DNA from: a virus
Lineage: Duplodnaviria; Caudoviricetes
Reading direction: 5' to 3' (one strand)
IMG/VR virus record: IMGVR_UViG_3300044513_003764
Span: 14,451 to 78,450 of that record
DNA: 64,000 nt
The position numbers were made by a program, and so were the translations under genes. Below the pieces are notes generated by a model. The model searched no databases. It was given only the letters and a program-made list of their open reading frames with translations, and was not told where the DNA came from. Every line of letters starts with the position of its first letter. Positions within the stretch are counted from its first letter, which is position 1. Of this stretch, positions 62,945 through 64,000 are shown piece after piece.

Positions 62945-63259
62945 TCATTCCGCGCCACGGAACCATTTGCGTTTTTCAGAGAACCATTCAGCCAAAGTCG
63001 TCGGATCTTGGGGACCCACAAGGTGGTTAGTGGGATCAGGATCGCCCAAATCCATTTTTTGCATAAAATCGTCCAGACTACCCTCCTGTACATCACCGTT
63101 AATCGCGGAACGTCGCGCCTTACGGAGCATCGCCTCGACTGAGTGGTTAACTTTTGCCAGTTTCTGAATCCACTCCATGTCTTTGAACTGGACTTCAGCG
63201 CCGCTCGCAATCCTCTCGCAAATAAATTCACACCGTTGACGCGTATTTGTCGACAGCAT
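62945..63259 (-). CDS. conserved cyanophage hypothetical protein
   Basis: MLST..R.R.EFIC..IA.G.EV...DM.W.QKLAK.N...DDFM..M.LGDPDP.NH family recalled from cyanomyoviruses. Confidence 0.7.
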   Translation of the reverse strand: MLSTNTRQRCEFICERIASGAEVQFKDMEWIQKLAKVNHSVEAMLRKARRSAINGDVQEGSLDDFMQKMDLGDPDPTNHLVGPQDPTTLAEWFSEKRKWFRGAE

Positions 63260-63326
63260 ATAGCGAGAGCTAGTAATACTAGCCTAATGCAGTTAAAAAG
63301 GTTTAGGTAACTACTTAATTAACGCC

Positions 63327-63488
63327 TTAAAAGACAGAAGGACCCGTCTGATTTAAAGCAGGGCGGTATTCGATGCCTCGGTAGCAGAGCCACAGCGTTG
63401 CGCGGTGGACGAGGGACCACCACTTAAGGTAGTCAGCGTGGTGCTTTTCACGGTTGTAAGTAGCACCGCGATACACAATAGTAGTCAT
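63327..63488 (-). CDS. DUF4278-like small protein (53 aa), not in ORF track
   Basis: MTTIVYRGATY...LCYRGIEY; two YRG.xY motifs define the family. Confidence 0.7.
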   Translation of the reverse strand: MTTIVYRGATYNREKHHADYLKWWSLVHRATLWLCYRGIEYRPALNQTGPSVF

Positions 63489-63599
63489 AATGAGCTGTAT
63501 GCATATAAATAGTATAAATCGCTACGATTAGAACCGCTAGGGAAGATCTGGAGTTTTGTTTAAAAGGTCCTAGATTAAAGAGTACTCTGATTTCGCCCC

Positions 63600-63797
63600 G
63601 TGGCACGGGAGTGGAACACGCCTTTGCGTGCGCCTTGGAACGGCACGATTAAAACGGCACTCGACACGATAGATAAACACAACCAGCACTACTTCGACAG
63701 CAGCGACACGCGGCATTTAATCGCGGCAGACCTGCTTCGAACCTACGTGGTTTTTCTAAAGGACCTGATTAAAGACATAGAGAGAAAAGTTGAATAA
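63600..63797 (+). CDS. conserved cyanophage hypothetical protein
   Basis: REWNTP.R.PWN...ID.H...HL..A..LR.YV..LK motif. Confidence 0.7.
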   Translation: MAREWNTPLRAPWNGTIKTALDTIDKHNQHYFDSSDTRHLIAADLLRTYVVFLKDLIKDIERKVE

Positions 63798-63845
63798 CCG
63801 TATTACCAATAAAACATCTAAGGCTTGCACCCACGCGGCGAATTT

Positions 63846-63998
63846 TTAACGACACCGCCCGCTCTCAAGACGGTCACGAAGTCGGTGCAGTTCAGCTTGA
63901 AGCACAGTAATTGCACTATCTTGCTTCACATCGTCTGGAAGAGCACCCATCTCGCCGCGTGGTCACAAGATCCTGAACTCCGTATTCTGCTCTACATT
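63846..63998 (-). pseudogene. partial gene (5' end outside window) with an in-frame TGA at a probable conserved Trp
   Basis: NVEQNTEFRIL*PRGEMGALPDDVKQD...; the recalled family motif is EFRIxWPRGExGxLP; TGA at 63965-63963. Confidence 0.45.
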
Positions 63999-64000
63999 CA

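Noticed and set aside
63489-63599. Glutamine (glnA / downstream-peptide) riboswitch upstream of the DUF4278-like gene
   Set aside because: The expected CGUU...GGAAGUA...GAAG.AACG core is absent; the region is AT-rich and looks like a divergent promoter
1-64000. CRISPR array
   Set aside because: No series of identical 25-40-nt repeats with unique spacers; the PD-(D/E)xK gene at 4824 is a standard phage replication exonuclease with no cas neighbours
1-64000. Genome-wide TGA or TAG recoding
   Set aside because: Genes are full length under the standard code, many end in TGA or TAG with tight overlaps to the next start, and Trp is encoded by TGG
1-64000. Photosystem genes (psbA, psbD, hli) and additional tRNAs
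   Set aside because: No matching ORF or second cloverleaf recognised; other TTCGA hits lie in coding sequence without tRNA stems

Overview
This window is about 64 kb of a lytic, tailed dsDNA cyanophage. No integrase is visible and both window edges cut genes. A cyanobacterial host is inferred from two NblA-like genes, a DUF4278-like peptide and several small ORFs typical of cyanophages. Gene content and order recall S-EIV1-like freshwater cyanophages; this is from memory and needs a BLAST check. Layout: (i) replication and nucleotide genes, mostly + strand, 1-9.8 kb (tandem-OB SSB, PD-(D/E)xK exonuclease, primase-D5/SF3 helicase, ThyX); (ii) lysis genes and a tail-fibre region built from a duplicated three-gene module, 11-25.8 kb, - strand; (iii) an AT-rich divergence point and a + strand cluster of DNA-binding proteins, 26-29.3 kb; (iv) virion and head morphogenesis, 29.5-55 kb (GH104 lysozyme, permuted M23-like protein, major capsid, scaffold, portal, TerL), interleaved with four glycosyltransferase-like genes and a glycosidase-like gene; (v) an accessory region with two SAM methyltransferases, an NrdR-like protein and tRNA-Leu(TAA). 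The leading candidate for an undescribed system is virion-protein O-glycosylation: the sugar-modifying enzymes sit in the head module, and many tail and appendage proteins carry strongly over-represented Ser-Gly motifs. Other highlights are the two NblA paralogs, a promoter- and terminator-flanked sRNA of about 65 nt, a 509-nt portal/scaffold overprint, apparently inactive methyltransferase and HNH homologs, and codon-usage patches shared between the two tail fibres. All family assignments come from motif recognition by eye; no database searches were run.
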